DNA of 63,785 nucleotides, the filler included, from Nemertoderma westbladi (taxonomy: Eukaryota > Animalia > Xenacoelomorpha): NCBI GenBank assembly GCA_032718475.1. It is 3 parts of 3 records of this genome, joined end to end, with 100 filler letters (N's around TTAATTAATTAA, not from the genome) between each part and the next. Parts side by side here need not be neighbours in the genome. Positions count along the whole stretch, not along the records: positions 29,367 to 47,850 come from JAUCBJ010000034.1; 2 more parts are not named here. One strand, 5' to 3'. Numbering within the stretch: position 1 is the first letter of the stretch; each line of letters starts with the position of its first letter. Shown piece after piece: positions 35,404 through 46,879 of the stretch. Below the pieces are notes generated by a model. The model did no database searches. It saw only the letters and a program-made list of their open reading frames with translations, and had not been told where the DNA came from. Position numbers and translations under genes: made by a program.

Positions 35404-37199
35404 CTATTAATAAATTAATATTAAAAAGCCAATTTATATATTAATTAATAATACTGTATTAATTAAACATTGCTTATATTACAAAACAAAGTAGGTATTT
35501 ATATATTAATACAAATATTATTACAACTCAGTTACACTCTTTTTTAGAACGAAACAGTTTTTAAGACTATAATAATTAAAGTAAACATTAAAAAGCTCAC
35601 AGAAACAGACGTCTAACGCCAATACAAAAGGAAAATCGTCCTAAAGAAGCAGTTGATATATAAATATCCCCCAGTATAAACTAGAAACTGAAAGATATTC
35701 ACTATTTTACTTAATAACTTTTTTAAGAATACTGTACTTGAGGCTGACTGTTACGAAATTTTTAAGAATTGAGGATCGGCAAAATTTTAGTGGTTCTTAT
35801 ATAAAACAAGCGCGAAATCGCGTAAAGGTCCGCATCTACTAACGCATGAACTGTGATGAACTGATGATACCAAAACCTATCTGGAAATTAACAACAAGAA
35901 CAACAACACCAACAACGGAGTGAATACTAGAGGTCTCGCTACGCGGATCTAAAAAGAGGATCAATAAATGATCTGACATTAGTTAGTTATCTCACACAAG
36001 CAGTTAGCAACGCATACACCCTACAGTCAGACAGTATTCTAATTCCTATGCCTTTCGGTTAGAGAGTGGACATTTTTCAAAGTGGGAAATTCAAATTTAG
36101 TAATTCGGCATTTAAGACAAGTAAAGTGTCTTAAAAGCCAACAACCAAAACTCAATTAAATAAACAAACATAAAATAATAATTTATATTTTAATATTGTT
36201 ATTGCATCATTACAATTATAATTTTAACCAAAATTCATTTCATTTTTAGGATGAAGCGGACCTTTTGGGGATTTGGTGTGGCACGTTGTTTAGCCTGTTG
36301 CGTTCTGGACCATTCAGTATCAGGATGACTCGCCTGAAGGACACAAATAGTGCTTTAGTAGGAATGGAACTAACTACAGTACGAGTAAGACTAAAGTGTA
36401 TACTAAGAGTAAAATCCTGGTATTCTTCACCTTATTCCTGGTATTCGGGCCAATTAAAGCCCATGTTGGAAATCCGATTCGTCGGATTATTATCTTCTAA
36501 AGAAATTCTAAGATGTTGAACAGATCATCAATTTTACTTAATATACTACAGTAGCCCAAGATAGTAATGTCATAGGTTCTGTCGAGCTATCGGTTCGTTT
36601 GCATTGACATGTTCGAATTACCGGTAGCAGGCCGGTACTACCAGGAGATAATTGTGTAACAGGGCATGGCGTCGTTATCGTACAGTATGTCACATCGGAT
36701 TAAGGAATGTAAGTTTGTTAATTATTAGGTCAGCAGACTGTTTATTAGATTGACGCTATTGATATGGAAGCGCAGTCGGATGTTATTTCCAAATATATTT
36801 TCAATAATGCGCAAGATCACTGTGCCTATTTCTGTATATTTCGTTATTATCTGTTTTACAATAACATAAGAATACAGTATAATGGATTTAGTTTACACAA
36901 AGCCTGATAAAACTGATACCGAGTCTTTCTGCATAAAGCATAGAATTATTCAGAAAGCCTAGGCTTTTCGCAAAAAGCATAGGCTTTCTGAAAATTTTAC
37001 AGAAAGTCTAGGCTTTCTGCAGAAAGACTAATTCCACACAGCACACAAAGCCGCTAATTAAGAAGCTCTTGGTTTCTTTCCTGTCTCAATTTTTTCGCGG
37101 ATTTTTGGACATGAAGGAAAAAAACGTGTTGTGGCATTTAGCTCTCTGATTGGCTAGAGCTACAAAATCATGTATAAGCCTACTATACTACAATAATAT

Positions 37200-37750
37200 A
37201 CTATTAGTTGGCACACTTGGAATAGCCCTTCAGCTGGCGGGATAATACATTACAGACTACTACAATAACATATGTAGGTCTACTATACTACAATAATATA
37301 CTATTAGTTGGTACACTGGGAAGAGCTATTCAGCTGGCGGGTTAATACATTAACAATCTATCAGATATTTTTTAATTACTTGTCCGGGATAGAGTAATAT
37401 AGTAATAAACTTGGCAAGTACTGTAATATACTTCTCTCCAGTTTGGGCCTATCCATTCAATCAAATAATAGTAGTAGCTTACTAGTCCCTCATGAGCACC
37501 ATCAGCATCTGGTGTTTCTATCATTAAGTCTATGGCAATTTTCGTGTTATGGGGCTATTTTTCAAAATAAAAAAACACACTTTAATTTTTTCAAAACTTT
37601 TTTTCTAAATCCTGGGGTTGAGCTGCGTCGATTGATATAACTTTCATTGACGGACGAGCTATAGCTTCCGAGGAGTTCACCCGATATACATACATACATA
37701 CATAGATAGTGAATACTTTTACAGTAAGAAGTCCTAACGGTCTTCTAATC
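37200..37750 (-). mobile_element. Degenerate HINE-type element related to elements B and C
   Basis: Minus-strand TTAGAAGACCGTTAGGACTTCTTACTGTAA, then (TATG)n, then AATAGCCCC...AAAATTGCCATAG matching 33480-33510. Confidence 0.6.
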
Positions 37751-38718
37751 GTGTAAACTTATTGAAAGGTCAATAATTATGTGCCGCCTTCTGTTCATTA
37801 ACTCTTAGAGAACATAATAAAGGTCATTTATGTGATATACATTATTGATGTACTGTATATATTATTTTGAGTGTAACTTGAACGAAGACGTGGACAGTTA
37901 AACAGTCGTCTATAGCTAGAGAGCTTCTTTCGCGGTGCGCTAGTACCACCATCTAGTACAGTAATAAGATATTTAAATACAAGAAATGTAACGGACTACC
38001 CTCGTTGAATGATGATACAGTTAACAGGTGTACATCAGTAAAAGTACTCTCCCCCCCACGGTATAGGAACGTTGCGATTTTTAGGACATAAGTTGACTTT
38101 GTATCAGTTGTTTCATTTTGTAGGGAAAAAAGAGCATTTTCTTCCATGGATGTTGGTTCATCACTTTAGAAAAGGTATTTTCTAAATATAAATATTCACT
38201 GCGGTACCGGTACCTAAATAACTACAACTTAGCAAGTCTACAAATAAACGAAATAATTCGTAATAAAGCAAGTACTACTGGTATGATAATCTAATCTAAA
38301 ATTATAAATTACCGCACATAATCACTGAACATGTCTTGTTTATTACTTCACAATTTTTTTGTTCTATTATATAGTGTTGACGATTGCATTGATGATATAT
38401 AGTGTAGAAGATAAATGTAAAATTGTTTACCATAGAGTTGTTGTACTGTAGTAAGTTTTATTTATTAATTATTAACTAATTATCGCGTATGGATTTCATC
38501 AATATTACAACTTTACACTAATAAAGTTATTAAATAAGTGTCAATATGAACGCGATAAGTTTACATAATGTAACAACTTACTGTACACCATTGTAAGAAA
38601 ACCGTTAAAGAGCCTCGTTTATTAATGTAAACCCCATTCGCCACGCTCCTTCGGTGCATAAATACAATTGGGTCACAACGCTGAAACGTGCTTCTTTTAA
38701 CACAATGATGTTATAGTT

Positions 38719-38940
38719 TTATATCATAACTAGTACAGTAGCAGAGACTACAAGAAAGATACTTCCAACCAATCCTTCTACGCCGTTGTTACAAAGATTT
38801 CCACTGCAACAGACATATCCTGGCACATGAAGTATGTCATGATATATAGCGTAGATGTTGTCCTTAACGTATTCTATACAAGTAGCGTCAGGGTCATCCT
38901 TTTTATCTCCTCCTGCAAAATTTTCAGCTATTTCTGCGAT
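38719..38940 (-). CDS. Ly6/uPAR-like gene, last exon (73 aa plus stop) with CCxxxLCN motif and GPI-signal-like tail
   Basis: Acceptor TTCCTTTTAG|; IAEIAENF...GYVCCSGNLCNNGVEGLVGSIFLVVSATVLVMI*; phase 0. Confidence 0.88.
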   Translation of the reverse strand: MAEIAENFAGGDKKDDPDATCIEYVKDNIYAIYHDILHVPGYVCCSGNLCNNGVEGLVGSIFLVVSATVLVMI

Positions 38941-39299
38941 CTAAAAGGAAAATAATTCAATTCGAATTTGTTCTTTATAAAAAGGAAAACATTCATTTAG
39001 AAGCAGTTGTTCTAATGAGTGACTCACGCACTCATTCAGATTTTCTCTTTGCTAAAGTTTCTAATAAAAAACACCATGTCCATTGTCCAATAGCCTTTAT
39101 ATTTTTCATATTCAAAATAGTTTTTTTTGACACACACCAATAAAATAACAATAATTTTCGTCAAAGAGAGCTTCGCATATTCAAGTCGCCATTATTGACT
39201 CATTCACAAAAATTTCAAAACTTTTTTCATCAAGGAGGAATTTCATTGTCGAGTACAGTAATTACAATACAGACGGATGTACATGTCTTTCATACTAAC

Positions 39300-39497
39300 C
39301 TCGTCACTGGATGCCTCGGACAGATCCGCATGTGGATCGTATCGGTGGAAATAGTTCCCATCTGCGGTGCACGCGTCAATCACGTTGCTGTTGTCATTAA
39401 TATCCCATGGATTGTCGTGACCCTGTGGACATCCAGCGATTATACCGTCACTCCATGTTTTGAAATCCGAGCCTGGTGCAGTTGTTTGTATACCCGC
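39300..39497 (-). CDS. Ly6/uPAR-like gene, internal exon (66 aa)
   Basis: TTTCCAG| AGIQTT...IIAGCPQG...DACTAD...EASSDE |GTTAGT; 198 nt, phase 0/0. Confidence 0.82.
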
Positions 39498-39659
39498 CTG
39501 GAAATGCAATTATGGATGGCTTAATACTGCTAAAATGCCGCATAGTAGTTACAAAATATTAATGCGGAAATATTTTATGAAACGTATTTGAAATGCATCC
39601 GGTGACCGTGGCATTCATTACCTTTCCGAAAACATGTTATATTCATGAAATTTGAAACT

Positions 39660-39881
39660 TAGATAATGTTTACAGTACTGTATGTTTTACAGAACTCAAT
39701 TACTGTGGTTATTGTTATGTACCTGTAGGCTTACCACATGTATGACAGTACTAACCTGCACTGCATGTGCACGTATGTGTTATTCATATTCAGACTTTAG
39801 TAATACAACTGTACTAGCGATCATTGCGATTACTCGTAATGACTTATGATAATATTCGCTATTATGCATCATATTTATCTA
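39660..39881 (+). repeat. 5' LTR (222 bp, TAGATAA...TTATCTA)
   Basis: Identical by eye to 45389-45610 except at position 3. Confidence 0.95.
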
Positions 39882-40264
39882 TGATCGCTGTTGTTATTAA
39901 ATTGCTGAACTGTGCACTGTGATGATATATACTGATGCGCCGACTATCAGAAGTAAAGGAAATATACTGGTACACCGATTACCAGTAATCCATCATTGCA
40001 AAGTCGCCTACGCATTACCGGTACACCGATTACCAGTAATCCATCATTGCAAAGTCGCCTACGCATTACCGGTACGCCGATTATCGGGAGGCACTGCCCG
40101 CATTACTAGAACACTACCGGTACACTGTTTATCGGAACGTATTACCGGTACGCCGATTACCGGAAAACGTTATGGTACTAGGCCTACTGCTGTAATAGTA
40201 TGCTGACCAAAGCGCCAATTATTTACAATTAAGCCCTAGGCTGCTAGGCTAATTTTCATTAATT

Positions 40265-43200
40265 ATGGTTCAATTACACTGCACTGCTTTACAAGGGGGC
40301 CAACCATGCCCCTATATGACAGAAGATGTTGCTGCTGAGGTAGCTATACAAATACTTACAATGCATCAAACTAATGTTCACGGTGCAGCTGCTACTGTAG
40401 GGCAACAAGCTGCAATGGGTGGTCCAAAAGCTGAAAAGGTCAAACGACCGATCTTGGAGAGTGGAAATACATTAGAGAAATGGAACTATTTTGTTACCCG
40501 GTGGGAACGATATAAACGATTGACTGCCCTAACTCCAGCTGCGATTAGTGGTCAACTGCTGGAATGCTGCCAAGATGATTTACTTCTAGATTTGCATCGA
40601 AATGTTGGCATTGGACTGGACAACTTAAACGAAAACGATCTCCTGAATGAGATTAAACGCCTAGCCGTTCGTGATGAAAATGTCATTGTTAGTCGAATGC
40701 TGCTAAGAGGAATGCTTCAGGACCATAACGAAGGTATCCGGACGTTTGCAGCATGTGTCAAGGGCCAAGCTGCAGTTTGCCAATATTCTGTGAAATGTAT
40801 GGGTTGTGATATAGATATCTCATATGCTAATGACGAAATAAAAGATCAGATCTGCAAAGGGCTAGGTGACCAGGATATTCGACAAGATTTGCTAGGTGAT
40901 CGAAATCAAACCATGAACCTTGAAGAGGTTATTAAATTCATTGAAGCAAAAGAAGCTGGAAAAAGATCACAGATGGCACTCTCAAACTCTGATGGAATAT
41001 GTAAAATATCGCAATATAAACGTGATAAGAGATTCTCCAAACCAAAGACTAAACACACTGATGAGAAGGTGACAAATGATTCTCCATGTGGGTGGTGTGG
41101 AAAACATGGACATGGATCCAATGGGACCATCGAAAGTCGACGTAAACACTGCCCTGCCTTCCTGGTAGGATGTCGAAAATGTGGTCAGATTGGACATTAT
41201 GACTCAGTATGTCAGGGTCGCCCCAAGATTAAGAAAAAATCACCAGCTAATGCCATTATTGCAGAAGATGAAAGTGATAGTAACACATCTAGTGATGATT
41301 ATGATACAGCATACTCACAGGATATACCCAATGCTAGCTTTATAGGTGGAGTCCACCTAGAATCTACTAAGATGGTAATACTCAATAATGAAAGTGAAGA
41401 ATCTATACATGGAATTGCGATGTCACATAAAGAATACAATGACATCTTAGGTTGGGTGAGCCAACATTCACCAGATAACCCCACAATTAATGTATCTGTC
41501 GATATATGTAAGGATGCATACGCATACTTAAATATTCCACTAACAGGTAAACCAAGATGCATAACCTGTCATGCAATAGCTGATACTGGGGCCCAATCCG
41601 CGGTGGCTGGTATGCGTCTAGTTAAATCTCTTGGTCTAACAAAATCGGATTTGATCCTTGTGACACAGTCTTTGGTAGCAGCCAATGGAACAAAATTAAA
41701 GATTTATGGTGGGTTATTTTTAAAAGTCAATTGTCAGACAAAGCAAGGAGTTTCTAGGAGCACTAAACTACTTGTATATATTCAGGGCAACTGCGACCAA
41801 TTTTTCCTTAGCCGAAAAGCTTGTGAATGTCTAGGAATTATATCGACTGATTTCCCCCAAATAAATTCAATAACTAATCAATGCTTCAACAATGATAGCA
41901 ATAGTGCAATTGCCCCATGTGGCTGTCTTAGACGATCCGCACCACCAATTTCACCCTCAACGCCACCCTTACCCCTGATACCGGAGAATAGAGATGCCAT
42001 AGAGAAATGGTTGTTGAACTACTATGCATCAAGCACCTTTAACATATGTGAGCATCAGGCCTGGCCTACTATATCAGGACCACCACTCAGTCTAATGATT
42101 GATGTAAATGCAAAACCGCACGCTATTCACACACCGATACCTGTTCCTATCCACTGACAGAAGGCTGTCAAGGAAGGACTTGATAGGGATGTTCGTTTGG
42201 GTGTCATTGAGCCAGTCCCTTGGGGGACTCCTACATCCTGGTGCAGTCGGATGGTAACTGTAGCCAAAAAGGATGGTATGCCAAGGAGAACAGTTGATTT
42301 ACAAAACCTAAATGCAGCCTCAGTTCGCCAAACTCACCATACACCATCGCTGTTTCATCAAGCCATGTCTGTACCACATCATACTAAGAAGACAGTGTGT
42401 GATGCATGGAATGGCTATCATAGTGTTGCTATCAAGCCAGAAGATAGATATTTCACAACATTTATCACCCCTTGGGGGCGTTACCAGTATCGAACCACCC
42501 CTCAAGGCTTCATAGCCGCTGGTGATGGCTATACACGCAAGTATGACGAAATTATTACTGATATAAGCAACAAAACGAAATGCGTCGACGATGTATTACT
42601 TTGGTCGAACGATATAAAGCAAAGTTTCCAACAAACGTGTGAGTTTCTATGTCATTGTGCAGATAATGGCATTATACTAAATCCAAACAAATTCCAATTC
42701 GCAAAGAGTGAAGTTGAGTTTGCAGGCTTTGTCATAACAGATGATAGTGTAAAACCAAGCAAGAAATATCTGCAAGCCATTCTAGACTTTCCCACACCAA
42801 CAAATATCACGGGTATACGCTCTTGGTTTGGACTTGTTAATCAGGTATCATATGCGCTTTCCATGACTGATAAAATGCTGCCATTTCGCGAACTGCTGCA
42901 AACTGGAGTAAAATTCTACTGGGATAACCAACTACAAATGCTTTTTGATGAATCCAAACAGACAATCGTGAAAGCAGTAGAAGAAGGTGTCAGAATATTT
43001 GACCCGACTAGAAAGACTTGTCTTACAACAGATTGGTGTAAAATTGGCACAGGATTCTTCCTTACCCAGAAACACTGTACATGCCTAACGACATCACCTG
43101 ACTGTTGCTCCAATGGTTGGAAACTAGTATTTGCAGACTGTAGCAAATTCAATAGCCCAGCTGAATCTAACTATTCTCCAGTAGAAGGAGAAGTGTTGGC

Positions 43201-45325
43201 AGTAGTTAAAGGGTTGAATAAGACCCGATACTTTACTCTGGGTATCTCACACCTGATAGTAGCTACAGATCATAAGCCATTGCTGAAGATCCTTGGTGAT
43301 AAAAATATGGAAGATATAAGCAATCCCCGCTTATTGGCACTAAAAGAAAAAACATTGGGGTATAAATTTACCATTATATATCTACCTGGTAAGACTATAC
43401 GTGGTCCTGATGCGGCATCCCGGTATCCATCAGGTGAGTTACCATCATCTGATACGATTAATCCCATAGTAGCTGAAGTTGCTAATGATGATGATTGTTA
43501 TGAAACTGAATTATCCACAATGACGAGTGCTGTTTGTTCATTGTACTCGTTAGGTACTCTTAAATCTGTTACATGGAATCGTGTCCGTGAAGCCACTATG
43601 AGTGATGATGTAATGTTGGACCTGTTGAAGATAATCCAATGTGGCTTCCCTGATAACCGACATTGTGTACCAGCACATTTATTGGAATACTTTCCCTACC
43701 GCGAGAATCTCTCGACCGTTGACGATAGTGTCATTATCTACAACAACAGAGTAGTCATACCACCATTGCTAAGAACTGAGGTTTTAGAAGCTCTACATTC
43801 AGCACATCAAGGTGTAACATCAATGGTGTCACGTGCTACTGCATGTAATCAAATGGCCCCGTCACAACCCAATCAACCACCAATGCCGATGGTTTACCCA
43901 GAATACCCATTTCAATGCATCTGCGCTGACTATGCTCATATCGAGGTATCAAACTATCTCATCATTATTGATCGATACTCTGGATGGCCCCAAATTAGTA
44001 AAGCAGCCCCAGGAGAAGGTGCGAAACAACTAGTCGGAGAACTAAAGCAACATTGTGCCACATTTGGAATCCCAGAGGAGGCAGCAACAGATGGAGGACC
44101 TGAGTTCCAATCTGCTGAAACTTTAAAATTTATGAAAAACTGGGGAATACAGCACCGATTGTCTTCAGTTGCATTTCCCCATTCCAATACGAGGGCTGAA
44201 ATTGGTGTCAAAACAATGAGGCGTCTCTTAACTGACAATATAGGACCCAATGGAAACCTTAATACAGATAACTTCCTTCGAGCACTACTCCAATATCGAA
44301 ACACACCAGACCAAGACACGAAGATATCACCAGCAGTAGCGATATTTGGGCGACAAATTCGGGACTTCACACCCGTTCTTCCATCGAAATATAAGCCATG
44401 CAAAGAATGGCAAGATACTCTAATATGTCGCGAGGAAGCTCTTTGTAAACGCCATAACATAGCACATGAACGACTAGAAGAACATACACATCGACTTCCA
44501 CCATTAAAAGTTGGTGACCATGTCTATGTTCAAAACCAAGTTGGTAATCACCCCAAGAAATGGGATAGAACAGCATTGGTAGTAGAAGTAAAGCAATTCG
44601 ACCAATACAATGTTCGCATAGATGGATCTGGTAGAATGTCACTCCAAAGTCGTAAATTTCTTCGTAAATTCACGCCCTTTCCAACGAATGATACAAAGCT
44701 GATATCAAATAGCATACCAGTTCCCAAAACTTTATTGCCTGAGAATCATGCAAGAAAAACGATACAACCAACCAATACAGAAAGCCAAACCACCGATCCA
44801 AAAATCGAACCACCTAAACCAGATAATCAAATCAATGATCAACCACCTAAACCAGGTGATCAAACCAATGATCAACCACCTAATAGGGGCAATCAACCAC
44901 TCAAACCACCTATTCCTGGTTATCAAACCAGTGATCATACATTCATTGATCCCCATTCAATTCCAAAGAATCCATCAAGCACAATAACTCTCCCAGAGGA
45001 GATCTCAAGACCTACCTCAGATATTGTCATTACCCCACCGGCACCGCTACCACTAAAAGTGTCCCCTCACAAAACGGGCCGTACCGTAAGTACCACTAGC
45101 AGTCGACCACCAAACGTTGATATTACGTCACCTACGGCTACGATGTCATTGCCACGCCAATCAAATCGGAAGTGCCAGCCTAATACTCGTCTTCGGGATT
45201 ATGAGACTTCTCTTAATGTTGTCAGAGGTAGTCATGGTTTGTCACGAGTTTTCACACGCCAGCGAAGTAAACTTAAAGAGGGTGAAATAAATCACTCAAT
45301 AAATGACTCAGCGAAAACTCTCTAG
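40265..45325 (+). pseudogene. Single-frame gag-pol polyprotein with one in-frame TGA (42155-42157) and an apparent deletion in the integrase zinc finger
   Basis: Gag knuckles CGWCGKHGH...C and CRKCGQIGHYDSVC; protease AIADTGAQS; RT CDAWNGYH, FITPWGRY, KCVDD; RNase H TTDW, YSPVEGE, TDHKPL; integrase CADY, TDGGPEF, SNTRAE. The two listed ORFs are in the same frame and the stop falls where Trp is expected (PVPIH*). Confidence 0.9.
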
Positions 45326-45388
45326 AACTATATCGAAACAACTGTAAACTCATATGTTATCATGTGACTCTTGTTTGGGAGGGGGAGA

Positions 45389-45610
45389 TATATAATGTTT
45401 ACAGTACTGTATGTTTTACAGAACTCAATTACTGTGGTTATTGTTATGTACCTGTAGGCTTACCACATGTATGACAGTACTAACCTGCACTGCATGTGCA
45501 CGTATGTGTTATTCATATTCAGACTTTAGTAATACAACTGTACTAGCGATCATTGCGATTACTCGTAATGACTTATGATAATATTCGCTATTATGCATCA
45601 TATTTATCTA
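45389..45610 (+). repeat. 3' LTR (222 bp)
   Basis: Starts directly after the PPT and is followed by the TSD AAACT. Confidence 0.95.
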
Positions 45611-46570
45611 AAACTGAGATAGTTTGAACACCAGATTTCTTTCTTAGTGGCTGAGACAATTTTTATTGTCGCTTTCTATTTGTAGCTATATAATCGTTTA
45701 AAACCGTGTACGGCAAACGAATATGGCACCGGTCACAGTGGCTGAGCTATTCTTAAAGACGACTAGGGGCCTATGTAAGGATTCCAAATATATAAAAACA
45801 TCTGATTTTGTATAAGAAAAGTGTTGCGATATTGTGGGAAATGTTCCTAAACTATTAATATTATCTGCTACGTAGGTTTATTATAATTTTTTGGGCACAG
45901 CTTTCCAAAGTCGCCAACGACGTCCAGGTGGGATCGAACTGGTGACCTCCGGGTTTGAAGTTGAGGTTAGACCTGGAAATACCCTGATACCTTGTATGTC
46001 CGCAATTTAACTCCTCATGGCCTCCCATCTGTCAATACCATAATCTGCTGCCACTACTGTGCTCAACCCTACTGTACTACTGTAACACCAATTATAAAAT
46101 AATATAATTCTGGTGTACAGTAGTTATGTGTTACAATAGGATATTTGAACTGCTTATATATATTATTTTATTTTTATGCTTACACGCATAGGCCCCTATG
46201 TTGTTGTTAATTTTTCACATTTTATCTCGTTTTTTTTCATGATTTTTTTTTCGTTTCCAATATGTCTTGTACAATAAATCGCCTGGTATGATGTAGGCCT
46301 ACAGCTCTGGGACTCTTATTATTTACATAAACAATCAGCCCCCATTATGTAGGCTGTACAATGTTTTATGGTTCGATTAATATTACGTTTCAACATACAT
46401 GTACTGTAGCTGTGTTGTATAGGCCTACACTGTACAGTAGGCCTATCTTTGCAACAGTACAGTAAACATATAATTGTGGATTATTACTTAGTACATACTT
46501 AGTGCAGTATTAAGTACAGTACTTAGTGGTCTGATCTGTGTTTCTTCTACAGGTAACAGGCCTAACTAAC

Positions 46571-46642
46571 TTTTATGTTGTATTCTATAGACGGTACTGG
46601 ATTCTCACTCTCCATGCAAGTTCCACATTTGTACTGTGGATC
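46571..46642 (-). CDS. Ly6/uPAR-like gene, internal exon (24 aa)
   Basis: TATGTCAG| DPQYKCGTCMESENPVPSIEYNIK |GTTAGT; 72 nt, phase 0/0; 88-bp intron to the preceding exon. Confidence 0.75.
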
Positions 46643-46730
46643 CTGACATACGAAGTATACTGTACGAAGTATACTGAGTTACGTAATTTTTTTAATTTCA
46701 AATATAAATAATTATTCGAGTTATACATAC

Positions 46731-46879
46731 ATAGCAATGCTTTATATTGGATTTGCATTCGACAGTCGTAAGTTTCTTGTCCTTAATCGCCTTTTTGTAA
46801 TCCTCCCAACACTGGTCAACATCGCATTTTGTACATTTCACACGCCCCGAGTAACATCTTAGTGATTCGACTAACGAAA
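46731..46879 (-). CDS. Ly6/uPAR-like gene, exon with end of signal peptide and mature N-terminus
   Basis: TTCATTTCAG| xSLVES-LRCYSGRVKCTKCDVDQCWEDYKKAIKDKKLTTVECKSNIKHCY |GTATGT; phase-1 start as is typical after an LU signal-peptide exon; L.CY start motif. Confidence 0.85.

Larger units (their letters stand above)
39660..45610 (+). mobile_element. Full-length Ty3/Gypsy (Mag-like) LTR retrotransposon, intronic and antisense to the host gene
   Basis: Two 222-bp LTRs; TSD AAACT at 39655-39659 and 45611-45615; PPT GGGAGGGGGAGA at 45377-45388; gag-PR-RT-RH-IN order. Confidence 0.96.
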
